Shown here piece by piece: positions 42,771 through 51,837 of a DNA stretch of 64,000 bases; the first letter of the stretch is position 1, and each line of letters opens with the position of its first letter. Made by a program: the position numbers and the translations under genes. Origin of the DNA: Dehalococcoidia bacterium (lineage in GTDB: Bacteria > Chloroflexota > Dehalococcoidia > SM23-28-2 > RBG-16-64-32); NCBI GenBank assembly GCA_963665775.2, contig CAXXTF010000001.1, positions 704,001 to 768,000 of the forward strand. The letters run 5' to 3'. The notes beneath the pieces were generated by a model. The model was not told the DNA's origin. It worked only from the letters and a program-made list of their open reading frames with translations, and did no database searches.

Positions 42771-43361
42771 CTACCGGGTAGACAGTGCGTTGACCAGTTG
42801 ATCCGCCTGAACGATCTGCGCCTGCCTGCTTAGGATTTTCTCCATTAGAAAGTCGTGCACGGCCGTGTCACCATCGGTGCAACCGTCCTCGACTACGACT
42901 AGCTCGTAGTCGAGATCGGCGGCAATTCGCACCGTCGAAAGAACGACGCCCGATGTGGCGTAGCCCATCAGAACGAGGGTGGTAATCTCCTTGGCTCGCA
43001 ACACGGTCTGGAGATCGGTCCCTGCGAAGGCTCCCACGTGATGTTTGGTGACGACTACGTCCTCCGGACGAGGGGCTACGGCGGGATCGATCTCCGTGGC
43101 CGCACCGCCGATCAGGAAACGGCCGGACTGCCGGACGCCGCTGAACATCCGGTTGCGAGGACTAACCTCCGGATAGCCTTGCCGGAACCTGACGACAACG
43201 TAGATAACGGGGACCCCCGAGTTTCGTGCAGCGTTTAGAACCCCGGCCACCCGGCTTAGGAAATCCGGCTGGGCCTCTGAGATACCCGGGGTCATCTCCT
43301 GTTGAAGGTCCATGGCGAGGATCGCGGTGTGTTCCCGATCGAGTTTTAGTTCGTCTACCAC
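42771..43361 (-). CDS. Isochorismatase-family (cysteine hydrolase fold) protein
   Basis: TAILAMDLQ; VTKHHVGAFAGTDL; GYATSGVVLST. Start at GTG 43361 inferred from RBS. Confidence 0.88.
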   Translation of the reverse strand: MVDELKLDREHTAILAMDLQQEMTPGISEAQPDFLSRVAGVLNAARNSGVPVIYVVVRFRQGYPEVSPRNRMFSGVRQSGRFLIGGAATEIDPAVAPRPEDVVVTKHHVGAFAGTDLQTVLRAKEITTLVLMGYATSGVVLSTVRIAADLDYELVVVEDGCTDGDTAVHDFLMEKILSRQAQIVQADQLVNALSTR

Positions 43362-43533
43362 TGTTGCCCCTTCCACGTCTGGAGTCGCTCGTCTGCTCCC
43401 GGTCTCGGGACGTAGACCATGATACACGACTGGACCGGCTCTGTGGGCCGGGTGTGGAGGACGCCACCGCTATGGGATCGTGAGGCGGCTGATAGGATGG
43501 ATGAGGCCCTGAGTAGCCGCTGACCAGAGCGCG

Positions 43534-43555
43534 TGGCTGTCAACTTGGCTGTCAA
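43534..43555. repeat. TGGCTGTCAA direct repeat (x2, 2-nt spacer)
   Basis: Copies at 43534-43543 and 43546-43555, just downstream of tRNA-Cys. Confidence 0.8.
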
Positions 43556-43573
43556 ACGCCGGCTCGCTTAGCA

Positions 43574-43601
43574 AGGAAACGGCCCGAGAGGGCCGTTTCC
43601 T
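43574..43601 (-). terminator. Hairpin downstream of the tRNA pair
   Basis: AGGAAACGGCCC-GAGA-GGGCCGTTTCCT, perfect 12-bp stem. Confidence 0.7.
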
Positions 43602-43613
43602 ACCTAGAAACTT

Positions 43614-43688
43614 TGGAGGCGACGGTGGGATTCGAACCCACGATCAGGGTTTTGCAGACCCCTGCCTTAACCACTTGGCCACGTCGCC
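43614..43688 (-). tRNA. tRNA-Cys(GCA)
   Basis: GGCGACG acceptor stem; anticodon loop CTGCAAA; GGTTCGAATCC; encoded CCA. Confidence 0.97.
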
Positions 43689-43695
43689 CCTGTTA

Positions 43696-43782
43696 TGGTG
43701 CCGAGGAGGGGATTTGAACCCCTACGCCCTTACGGGCACCGCCCCCTCAAGACGGCGTGTCTACCTATTCCACCACCTCGGC
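43696..43782 (-). tRNA. tRNA-Leu(GAG)
   Basis: GCCGAGG acceptor stem; loop TTGAGGG; long variable arm; GGTTCAAATCC; CCA. Confidence 0.97.
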
Positions 43783-43940
43783 AGCACCCCTATAATACCG
43801 ACTCGTCAGAAGGCGGGGCAAGGATAACCTGCTGCTTGTGATGAGCCAAACGGCCTACTAGCAGCTGCTTTGCCTCGAGCTATTATAGCATGCAGCTACG
43901 CGTATCAGGGTGCGTATCCTTCTGGGTAGGCCGGTGCGAC

Positions 43941-44340
43941 CTAGGTTACGGGAAGCGGCGGCTCGAAGTCAGCGTCCGACAGGTCGCGGCTGATTTCCGT
44001 GGCCTCCAAGCGGAACTCTCCTGCCTCCCCGTCAGCCTGCCCGGCGGCCGCGAAACGCAACCGGATTGCCATCTTCCGCGAGGCGCCACTCCGCCTTGCC
44101 GGCCTGCTCCTGAGCGGAGCCGCCGACGGAGAAACAGATGGCCTCCTGGCCGGCGGTCTGCTGTGTCGAGTGGCCGATGTCCGCGTCTGCGACCGCTTCA
44201 GCGATCGCCTCGCTGAGGGTCTCGGGCTTGATGGGTCGTCGAGGAATGGGAGGGAGACTGCCTCAAGTGTGGGCGTGTTGACAGACGGCATTGGCCCGCC
44301 CCATCTGTAGACGCAGTACAGCGTAAGGTGTTGTCTCTCA
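43941..44340 (-). pseudogene. Frameshifted remnant of a secreted/lipoprotein-like gene
   Basis: Protein-like segments in alternating frames: CTASTDGAGQC / SLPFLDD / AGQEAICFSV...EWRLAEDG / FRLEATEISRDLSDADFEPPLPVT-stop. Confidence 0.45.
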
Positions 44341-44342
44341 GT

Positions 44343-45305
44343 CTAGCTGCGCCGCTCCAGTATGGAGTCGGTGAGGTCAAGAAGGGCCTGACGGTCAGAT
44401 GTGTCCGGCAGAACAGCCAGGGCCTGGCTGGCGCTGAGGCTGAAGCGCCGCGCCATATTGTAGGACTCCTGGGGGATGTCCGAGGAGCGGATGTTCGCCA
44501 CGGCCTGGGCCAAGCCGTCCTCGCTGGGGTCAGCGAAGTACTTCTGTACGGGGTTCGAGCCGGGATGGCGCTCCATGAGAAGGAGCGAAGGCAGGGTGAG
44601 GGTTCCCTGGATGAGGTCGCTGCCCACGGGCTTTCCCATCTCCGCCTCGTCGCCGGTGAAGTCCAGAATATCGTCCACTATCTGGAAGGCCATGCCGAAG
44701 CTGTAGCCGTAGTCGTGCATCGCCTGGATCCACTCCTCCGGCTGGCCACTTACGACAGCGCCGCCCTCGCAGGCGGTGGCGAAGAGGGACGCCGTCTTGC
44801 CGCCGATGCGCTGGAGGTAGTCGCGCACCGTCTGCCGGCTGTCGTAGGCCGTGAGGTCCTGTCTCATCTCGCCCGTGGCCATGACCATGAGGGTCTGGGA
44901 GAAGAGCCGGATGACGCGGATGTTGCCCGTTTGCGCGATTTGGTCGGCGGCGTGAGCGAACATATAGTCGCCCAGCATGACCGTGGTGGAGTTGTGGAAG
45001 GCGCTGTTGGCGGTGGGGCGGCCGCGGCGGGTGGCGGCGTTATCGATCACATCGTCGTGGACCAGGGAGGCGGTGTGCAGCAGCTCTACGGAGGCGGCCA
45101 GTGGCACCAGGAGGTCTAGATCGTACTTCCCGAATCGCCCGGCAAGGAGGGCCATGGCCGGACGCAGGAGCTTGCCTCCACCGGCCAGTACCAGATCCAG
45201 CATCTCGGCCAGGGGTCTGTAGTCGACCTGCTTCAGCGACTCGAAGGTCTGCTCTACACGGGCCAGGTCTGCCTGGACGAGGCCGTAAGGGAGGTCGGTC
45301 TTCAC
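44343..45305 (-). CDS. Polyprenyl diphosphate synthase
   Basis: GGKLLRP; HTASLVHDDVID; RRG; KTASLF; FQIVDDILD; GKPVGSD. Confidence 0.95.
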   Translation of the reverse strand: MKTDLPYGLVQADLARVEQTFESLKQVDYRPLAEMLDLVLAGGGKLLRPAMALLAGRFGKYDLDLLVPLAASVELLHTASLVHDDVIDNAATRRGRPTANSAFHNSTTVMLGDYMFAHAADQIAQTGNIRVIRLFSQTLMVMATGEMRQDLTAYDSRQTVRDYLQRIGGKTASLFATACEGGAVVSGQPEEWIQAMHDYGYSFGMAFQIVDDILDFTGDEAEMGKPVGSDLIQGTLTLPSLLLMERHPGSNPVQKYFADPSEDGLAQAVANIRSSDIPQESYNMARRFSLSASQALAVLPDTSDRQALLDLTDSILERRS

Positions 45306-45307
45306 CG

Positions 45308-46135
45308 TTACCCTCCGCCGCCCGGGGATGGCAGCTCGCCGATGTCGCCCAGGGCGAAGAGCCAGGCGGTGGCGAGGGAGGTGCGAGTCGCCACTTCTTC
45401 GAGGCTCTCGCCGCGCAGTTCGGCGATGCGCTTAACGGTCTCCGTCAGGTAGGCGGGCTCATTTCTCTGGCCGCGTTGAGACTGCGGTGGCAGGTAGGGG
45501 GCATCCGTCTCCACCGCCATCCAGCGTAAGGGGATGCCGCCGGCTACGGTGCGGACGCGGTCGGCCGAGGGGTAGGTGCAGGTGCCGGGGATCGAGATCA
45601 TGTAGCCGATCTGGATGTAGCGGAGGGCCAGCATCAGGTCTCCGGCGAAGCAGTGCATGACCCCCAGGGGCCGGTCCTTGGGCCAGTCCGGCAGCGCCTG
45701 CTTCTCATGGGCGGAGAGGATTTCGAACGTCTCTTCGTCCGCCTCGCGGGAGTGGATGACGACGGGCAGGCTGAGGGTTCTGGCCAGCTCTAGCTGTTGC
45801 AGAAACGCCTGGCGCTGCCTGTCCGGTGGCGATAGGTTGCGGTAGTAATCGAGGCCGATCTCGCCGATGGCCACAACCTTGGGCGAGTGAGCCAGCCGCC
45901 GGAGCGCGTCTACAACGGGCCCTGTTATCTGCTGGGCGTCGTGAGGGTGGACGCCGACAGCGGCGTAGACGTTCTCCAGGGAATCAGCCAGCTCCACGGC
46001 GCGGCGGCTGCTCTCGAGATCGGTGCCGATGACCACGAGGGTGGAAACGCCGCTCTGGCGGGCGCGGTCCAGCACCGACTGGCGGTCGCCATCGAACTGA
46101 GGGTCTTGGAGGTGGCAGTGCGAGTCTACGAGCAT
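45308..46135 (-). CDS. tatD: TatD family deoxyribonuclease
   Basis: DSHCHL; GVHPH; GEIGLDY; IHSRE; HCF; ETDAPYL. Confidence 0.95.
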   Translation of the reverse strand: MLVDSHCHLQDPQFDGDRQSVLDRARQSGVSTLVVIGTDLESSRRAVELADSLENVYAAVGVHPHDAQQITGPVVDALRRLAHSPKVVAIGEIGLDYYRNLSPPDRQRQAFLQQLELARTLSLPVVIHSREADEETFEILSAHEKQALPDWPKDRPLGVMHCFAGDLMLALRYIQIGYMISIPGTCTYPSADRVRTVAGGIPLRWMAVETDAPYLPPQSQRGQRNEPAYLTETVKRIAELRGESLEEVATRTSLATAWLFALGDIGELPSPGGGG

Positions 46136-46136
46136 C

Positions 46137-47819
46137 TTAGAGTCCCAGCCCGGCCTCTTCCTCTTCCACGATGGCTGGTTCCAGCTTTCTGAACAAGGGC
46201 TTCGGTTCCGTCAGGGGTTGCCCGGGATTCGGTAGGCGAAGGCGCCAGCCGGCGGTGTCCACGAGACCTTCCTGTCCCAGGTAGCCGTGCAGAGTTTGGC
46301 AGGTGAAGGGCAGGTAAGGGTACAGGGCGACCTTGAGGGCGCTGATGGCGCCGATGGCGGTGTACAGCACGGTGGCGCAGCGGTCGCGGTCCTCCTTGAT
46401 AAGCCTCCAGGGGGCGTTCTCCTCTACATAACGGTTCGCCTCTCGGGCGGCGGCCATGGCCGCCTCAATACCGCCCCTGAAGTGGCAGAGGGAGATGTTC
46501 TCGCCGGTTTCCGTGATCGCCTGCTCCGCCCGGGCCAGGAGGGCGCGGTCGTCGGGCGTGAGTTCGGCGGGCTGGGGCACGGCGCCATCGAAGTTGCGGT
46601 AGGCGAAGGTGAGGACGCGATTGACCAGGTTGCCCCAGGTGGCGACAAGCTCATCGTTGTTGCGGCGGAGGAAGTCGGCCCAGGTGAAGTCGGAGTCCGC
46701 GGTCTCGGGCATGCTGGCCGATAGGTAGTAGCGCAGGGCGTCTGGGTCGTATCGCGACAGGAAGTCGGGGAGCCAGATCGCCATGCGACGGCTGGTGGAG
46801 GCTTTGCCGCCGCGGATGGTCAGGTACTGGTTAGCGGGGACATCGTAGGGGAGGTTGTACTGCTCGCCGGTGGCCGCGTTGTAGGCCATGATTTGGGCCG
46901 GCCAGATGAGGGCGTGGAAGGGGATGTTGTCCTTGCCGATGAAGTAGTAGCTCCTGGCGGATGGGTCCTGCCAGAACTGGCGCCAGGCGTCCGGCTGACC
47001 AGCCCGCTCGGCCCACTCCTTAGCGGCGGAGAGGTAGCCGATGACGGCCTCGAACCAGACGTAGATGCGTTTGTGCTGCCAGCCCTCGACAGGGACGGAG
47101 ACGCCCCAGTCGATGTCGCGGGTGATGGCGCGGTCCCGCAGGCCCTCGCCCAGGATGCCCAGGGAGAAGTTGAGGACGTTCTTGCGCCAGTGTCCCTTAT
47201 CGGCGGCCAGCCACTGCTTGAGCTTATCGTTGTAGGTGCTCAGCCGCAGGAAGAAGTGCTCCGAGTCCCTGATCTCGGGGGTAGAGCCGTCGAAGCGGCA
47301 GCGCCGGTCCTTCAGGTCCGCCGGGTCGAGGACGTTGCCGCAATTGTCGCACTGATCGCCGCGGGCGTTAGGGTCGCCACAGATGGGGCAGGTTCCCTCC
47401 ACGTAGCGGTCGAGGAGGAAGCGCTGCTCTACCGTGCAGTAGGGTAGGGGCATGCTGTCCTTGTATATGTTGTCCGTCTCCAGGAGGCGCAGGAAGATGT
47501 CGTGAGTGGTTCGGGCGTGGTTCTCCGTGCCTGTGCTGGTGTACAGGTCCCAGGTGATGCCCAACTGCTCCCAGCTCTTCTGGAACTCCTCGTGAAAGCG
47601 GGCCGCCACCTCCGCGGGCGTGACCCCCTCCTGCTCAGCCCGGACCGTAATGGGGGTGCCGTGCTGGTCGCTGCCGGAGACCATGAGGACCTGGTTGCCG
47701 ACGGCGCGGTGATAGCGGGCGAAGATGTCGGCTGGCAGGTAAGCGCCCACGATCTGTCCCGTGTGCAGGGAGCCGTTAGCGTAGGGCCAGGCGACGCCGA
47801 TGAATATCTTTTCGGCCAT
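46137..47819 (-). CDS. metG: Methionine--tRNA ligase (short form)
   Basis: AWPYANG.LHTG; SGSDQHG; Zn knuckle; YVWFEA; GKDNIPFH; KASTS. Confidence 0.96.
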   Translation of the reverse strand: MAEKIFIGVAWPYANGSLHTGQIVGAYLPADIFARYHRAVGNQVLMVSGSDQHGTPITVRAEQEGVTPAEVAARFHEEFQKSWEQLGITWDLYTSTGTENHARTTHDIFLRLLETDNIYKDSMPLPYCTVEQRFLLDRYVEGTCPICGDPNARGDQCDNCGNVLDPADLKDRRCRFDGSTPEIRDSEHFFLRLSTYNDKLKQWLAADKGHWRKNVLNFSLGILGEGLRDRAITRDIDWGVSVPVEGWQHKRIYVWFEAVIGYLSAAKEWAERAGQPDAWRQFWQDPSARSYYFIGKDNIPFHALIWPAQIMAYNAATGEQYNLPYDVPANQYLTIRGGKASTSRRMAIWLPDFLSRYDPDALRYYLSASMPETADSDFTWADFLRRNNDELVATWGNLVNRVLTFAYRNFDGAVPQPAELTPDDRALLARAEQAITETGENISLCHFRGGIEAAMAAAREANRYVEENAPWRLIKEDRDRCATVLYTAIGAISALKVALYPYLPFTCQTLHGYLGQEGLVDTAGWRLRLPNPGQPLTEPKPLFRKLEPAIVEEEEAGLGL

Positions 47820-47866
47820 GAGGGTTCGGTTGGAATTTTAGCATAGGCGGACGTCTCGCTCCCGCA

Positions 47867-48697
47867 CTATTGAGGTCCGTCGGGTGTCGTCTCCACCCAG
47901 AGGCGGTAGACATCGCGGCGCGGCAGGCTCAGGCGGCGGGCCACCTGGCTCACTGCTTGGCGCGGGGAGAGGCCCTCGGCCTTGAGCTGCCGTAGCTCCT
48001 CCCGCACGACCTCTTCAGGTGCGGATGCCAGGGCCGGCAGGGCGCCCTCGACGACCAGGGTGAACTCGCCGCGCGGTTCCAGGAAGTGCTCCAAGGCCTC
48101 GGCGGTGCGGCCGCGGAAGAGCTCTTCGAAGGCCTTGGTGAGCTCGCGGCAGACGGTCAGGCGGCGGTCGCCCCAGACGGCGAGCATGTCGGCGAGAGCC
48201 CGACGCAGCCGGTGCGGCGACTCGAAGGCCACGATGGTGCGCCGTTCGTCCGCCAGGGAGGCCAGGAGACGGCGTCGCTCGGTCGGACGGCGGGGGAGGA
48301 AGCCGAGGAAGGTGAACTGGCGGCTGGACAGACCAGAGACGGCCAGGGCTGCAGTGATGGCCGAGGGGCCGGGTACGGCTATCACAGGATAGCCGGCTTC
48401 GGTGACGGCTACCACCAGCTCGTGGCCGGGGTCGCTGATGCCGGGCATGCCGGCCTCGGAGACCAGGGCCACGTCGCCGCCGGAGAGGGCAGCCAGAATC
48501 CTGGGAGTGCGCTGGCGCATATTGTGTTCGCTATAGCTGATGAGCCGCTTGCGGATGTCGTAGTGGGTCAGCAGCTTTCGGGTCGTGCGGGTGTCCTCGG
48601 CGGCGATAAGGGAGACTTCGCGCAGGGCCCGCAAGGCCCTCAGGGTGACGTCTTCCAGGTTGCCGATAGGGGTGCCGACGAGGTAGAGAGTGGACAT
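47867..48697 (-). CDS. rsmI: 16S rRNA C1402 2'-O-methyltransferase
   Basis: LYLVGTPIGNLED; AEDTR; SEAGMPGISDPG; FESPHR; RELTK. Confidence 0.95.
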   Translation of the reverse strand: MSTLYLVGTPIGNLEDVTLRALRALREVSLIAAEDTRTTRKLLTHYDIRKRLISYSEHNMRQRTPRILAALSGGDVALVSEAGMPGISDPGHELVVAVTEAGYPVIAVPGPSAITAALAVSGLSSRQFTFLGFLPRRPTERRRLLASLADERRTIVAFESPHRLRRALADMLAVWGDRRLTVCRELTKAFEELFRGRTAEALEHFLEPRGEFTLVVEGALPALASAPEEVVREELRQLKAEGLSPRQAVSQVARRLSLPRRDVYRLWVETTPDGPQ

Positions 48698-48848
48698 TTT
48701 TGGATAGTACCGCGATCTAGTTTATCCGATGGGGAAGGTACACAGCTCCCGCTTCCAAGAGGGCGCTGAGCCGTTGACGAGGGAGCGCCCTTCTTGATAT
48801 ATTATCTGAAAGTCCCCCGGGTGTTTTCCATGACTGAGGCGAGGTAGT

Positions 48849-49985
48849 ATGAGTCTATCTATCGGCAGGGAACTCCGGCCTGCCTACGGGTTCGACGAAG
48901 TGGCCATCGTCCCTGGTTCCGTTACTGTCAACCCGGAGCTCACCGATGTCCATCTTAGCATCCGCGAGTTCAACTTCGACCTGCCAATCGTGGCCGCGGC
49001 GCTGGATGCGGTGGTGGACCCCAGCTTCGCCGCTGCCGTTGGCCGGCGCGGTGGGCTGGCGGTGATGAACCTGGAGGGCGTCCAGACCCGCTACGATGAC
49101 CCCGATGCAGCCATCGCCGAGATCGTCGGTGCGCCTCAACCGGACTCGGCGGCGGTGATCCAGAGACTGTACGCGTCTCCCGTCAAGGAGGAGCTGGTCG
49201 GTCGACGGGTGCGGGCCATCAAGGAGGGCGGTGCCGTCTGCGCCGTCTCCTGCACTCCGGCCAATACCAAGCGATTGGCTCCCATCGCCGTCGATGCGGG
49301 GGCCGATATTCTGGTCGTGCAGTCGACAGTCACCACGGCCCGCCACATCTCGCGCAGCGCCCGCGGCCTGATCTTCGAGGAGCTGTGCGAGAACGTCCGC
49401 GCGCCGGTGCTGGTGGGGAACACTGTAAGCTTCGGCGCCACCAAGGAGCTGATGGAGACGGGGATCGCCGGTGTCCTGGTGGGCGTTGGGCCTGGGGCCA
49501 TCTGCACCTCCCGCGAGGTCTTGGGGGTGGGCCTGCCTCAGGTGACCGCCACCCTGGAGTGTGCGGCCGCTCGAGACCAGTACTACCGGGAGACCGGCCG
49601 CTACGTGCCGATCATCACGGATGGCGGGATGCGTAACGGCGGCGATGTCTGTAAGGCGCTGGCCGCCGGGGCAGACGCCGTCATGTTGGGCTCCGCCTTC
49701 GCGCGGACGGAGGAGGCCCCAGCCAAGGGGTTCTCCTGGGGGATGTCCACGGGCCACGCCGAGCTGCCCCGGGGCACCCGTATTCAGGTCGGCGTGGACA
49801 CGACGCTGGACCGCCTGCTGCTCGGCCCCACGTCCCGTACCGACGGGACGGAGAACCTGGTGGGTGCCATTCGTACCTGTATGGGCGTGTGTGGGGCCCA
49901 GACCATAGGCGAGTTCCACGACACGGAGCTCACCGTCGCGCCCTCGATCAAGACCGAGGGTAAGGTCTACCAGCTCTCGCGCTAA
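48849..49985 (+). CDS. guaB3: GuaB3-family IMP dehydrogenase-related protein
   Basis: YGFDEVAIVP; NLEGVQTRY; GVGPGAICTSR; no CBS pair. Confidence 0.9.
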   Translation: MSLSIGRELRPAYGFDEVAIVPGSVTVNPELTDVHLSIREFNFDLPIVAAALDAVVDPSFAAAVGRRGGLAVMNLEGVQTRYDDPDAAIAEIVGAPQPDSAAVIQRLYASPVKEELVGRRVRAIKEGGAVCAVSCTPANTKRLAPIAVDAGADILVVQSTVTTARHISRSARGLIFEELCENVRAPVLVGNTVSFGATKELMETGIAGVLVGVGPGAICTSREVLGVGLPQVTATLECAAARDQYYRETGRYVPIITDGGMRNGGDVCKALAAGADAVMLGSAFARTEEAPAKGFSWGMSTGHAELPRGTRIQVGVDTTLDRLLLGPTSRTDGTENLVGAIRTCMGVCGAQTIGEFHDTELTVAPSIKTEGKVYQLSR

Positions 49986-50875
49986 AGCGTCATCTTTAGC
50001 TGTCCCATCGTCTGCTGAGGCTCCCGTGGCTGGTTGAAGCCCCACTTTTCGCGTAGCTCCGCCACCTTGGCCAGCACCTCCTGGGTGTACTGCTTGGGGG
50101 CGTAGGAGCCCCGATAATACTTAGCGTATCGGGCCAGCAGGTGAGGGTAGGCGTCCCGCAGGACGGGCATGAACCACTCTTTGGTCCCAGGTTTCAGGTG
50201 AAGGACGTTGGGCCCAATGAAGCTGGCGCCGTGCTCTCTGGCTGCCTGGAGAACTTCCCCTAAGTGTCCTTCGTCATCGGTGACGCCGGGGATGATGGGG
50301 GCCAGCATGACGCCGCAGGGGACGCCTGCCTCCACCAGCCGCCGCATCGCCTGGAGCCGCTTGATTGGCTTGGCCGTGCCCGGCTCCAGCTTCCGCCAGA
50401 CTTCGTCATCTAGGGTTGGCACACTAAAGCCGATGCCGCAATCAGCTACCCGAACTAGACGTCGCCAGACTTCGATGTCCCTTGTGACCAGGGGCGACTT
50501 AGTTAGCATGTGCACCGGCTGCGCGAAGTCAGCCATCGTCTGCAAGATACGCCGCGTGATGGCGTACTTCGCCTCGGCTTGCTGGTAGGGGTCGCAGGCC
50601 GTGCCGAGGACGATAAGCTCCCGCTGCCAACCCGGGCGACGCAGCTCCTGCCGCAAGACTTCCGGTGCGTTCACCTTCACCACGATGCGCGTGTCGAAGT
50701 CGCGGCCGGAGTCATACCCCAGATACTGGTGGGTGCCGCGAGCAAAGCAGTAGACGCAGGCGTGCTGACAGCCGCGATAAGGGTTGATCGACCATCTAAA
50801 GCCCATGCCCGGCGCCTGGACACGGTTGATGAGTGACTTACACTGGATCTCCTCAAAGATAAGGTTTGACGGCAT
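49982..50875 (-). CDS. SplB/Rv2578c-like radical SAM DNA-repair protein
   Basis: INPYRGCQHACVYCFAR; DPYQQAE; LTKS; EPGT. Start at ATG 50875. Confidence 0.9.
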   Translation of the reverse strand: MPSNLIFEEIQCKSLINRVQAPGMGFRWSINPYRGCQHACVYCFARGTHQYLGYDSGRDFDTRIVVKVNAPEVLRQELRRPGWQRELIVLGTACDPYQQAEAKYAITRRILQTMADFAQPVHMLTKSPLVTRDIEVWRRLVRVADCGIGFSVPTLDDEVWRKLEPGTAKPIKRLQAMRRLVEAGVPCGVMLAPIIPGVTDDEGHLGEVLQAAREHGASFIGPNVLHLKPGTKEWFMPVLRDAYPHLLARYAKYYRGSYAPKQYTQEVLAKVAELREKWGFNQPREPQQTMGQLKMTL

Positions 50876-50900
50876 AGTGTGCGCACCTTCTCTTCCACAA

Positions 50901-50922
50901 GTGTAGTACATACGTACTACAC
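50901..50922. promoter_or_regulatory. Palindromic operator, candidate LexA/SOS box
   Basis: GTGTAGTAC-ATAC-GTACTACAC; core AGTAC-N4-GTACT lies about 25 nt upstream of the repair gene. Confidence 0.65.
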
Positions 50923-50940
50923 CCTGTCCAGGGGAAGGTG

Positions 50941-51837
50941 TCACTGAGGGCGAATGCAGAGCACCCGGTCCAGGCCCGACAGGTCTGGCTTGACCTCGAT
51001 CCGCGCTGCGGGGAAGGCCTCTCGCGCCAGCCTACCCGCCGACTCGCCCTGCTGGTCGCCGATCTCCACGAAGAGGGCGCCGCCGGCCTTGAGGTAGCCT
51101 GGGGCCTGCCGCAGGAGACGCTCGATAAGTCGCAGGCCGTCGGGTCCGCCGTCCAGCGCCTCCCTGGGCTCGTGCTCGCGGATTTCGGGCGGCAACCTCT
51201 CCCAAACCGCGGTAGGGACGTATGGGAGGTTGGCGGCGATGATGTCGGCCCTTCGACTCGAAGCCCGGCGGTAGCCGGGATTCGGCTCAGGGTGAGCGGA
51301 GAGGGGCTCTAGGAGCTGGCCGGGGAGGAGGCGGATGCGCTGGTCCAGGCCGTGACGGTGGGCGTTACGCTGCGCTAGTGCCAGGGCTTCCGGGGAGACG
51401 TCTGTGGCGATGATCTGCGCTTGGGGGAGCTCATGGGCGACGGCCACGGCGATGGCGCCGCAGCCCACGCCGACATCTATCAGGAGGAAGGGCTCGTTGC
51501 GGAAGCGGTCCCGGGCGAAGGCCGTCACGAGTCCCACCAGCACCTCTGTGTCCGGTCGGGGGATAAGGGCCGCCGGAGTGACCGCGAAGTCCAGGCCGTA
51601 GAACTCCTTGTGGCCCATGAGGTAGGCCGTGGGCTCGTGGGCCAGGCGGCGCTCCAGCAGGGAGCCGTAGGCCTGCTCCGGCGTGGGGAGCAGCGGGTCG
51701 CGCAGCCGCTGATAGAGGTGGACGCGGTCAATATCGAGGGTGTGGGCCAGCAGGAGCTCAGCCTCCAGGTTCGCCTCGTCGCTTCCGGCCTGGGCCAGGA
51801 GGTGCGTGCCGTGACGGAGCGCCTCCTGGACGGTCAC
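50941..51837 (-). CDS. prmC: Release factor glutamine methyltransferase
   Basis: EP.AYLMG.KEFYG; LIPRPDTE; ANLPYV; EPREALDGG; overlaps prfA. Confidence 0.95.
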   Translation of the reverse strand: MTVQEALRHGTHLLAQAGSDEANLEAELLLAHTLDIDRVHLYQRLRDPLLPTPEQAYGSLLERRLAHEPTAYLMGHKEFYGLDFAVTPAALIPRPDTEVLVGLVTAFARDRFRNEPFLLIDVGVGCGAIAVAVAHELPQAQIIATDVSPEALALAQRNAHRHGLDQRIRLLPGQLLEPLSAHPEPNPGYRRASSRRADIIAANLPYVPTAVWERLPPEIREHEPREALDGGPDGLRLIERLLRQAPGYLKAGGALFVEIGDQQGESAGRLAREAFPAARIEVKPDLSGLDRVLCIRPQ

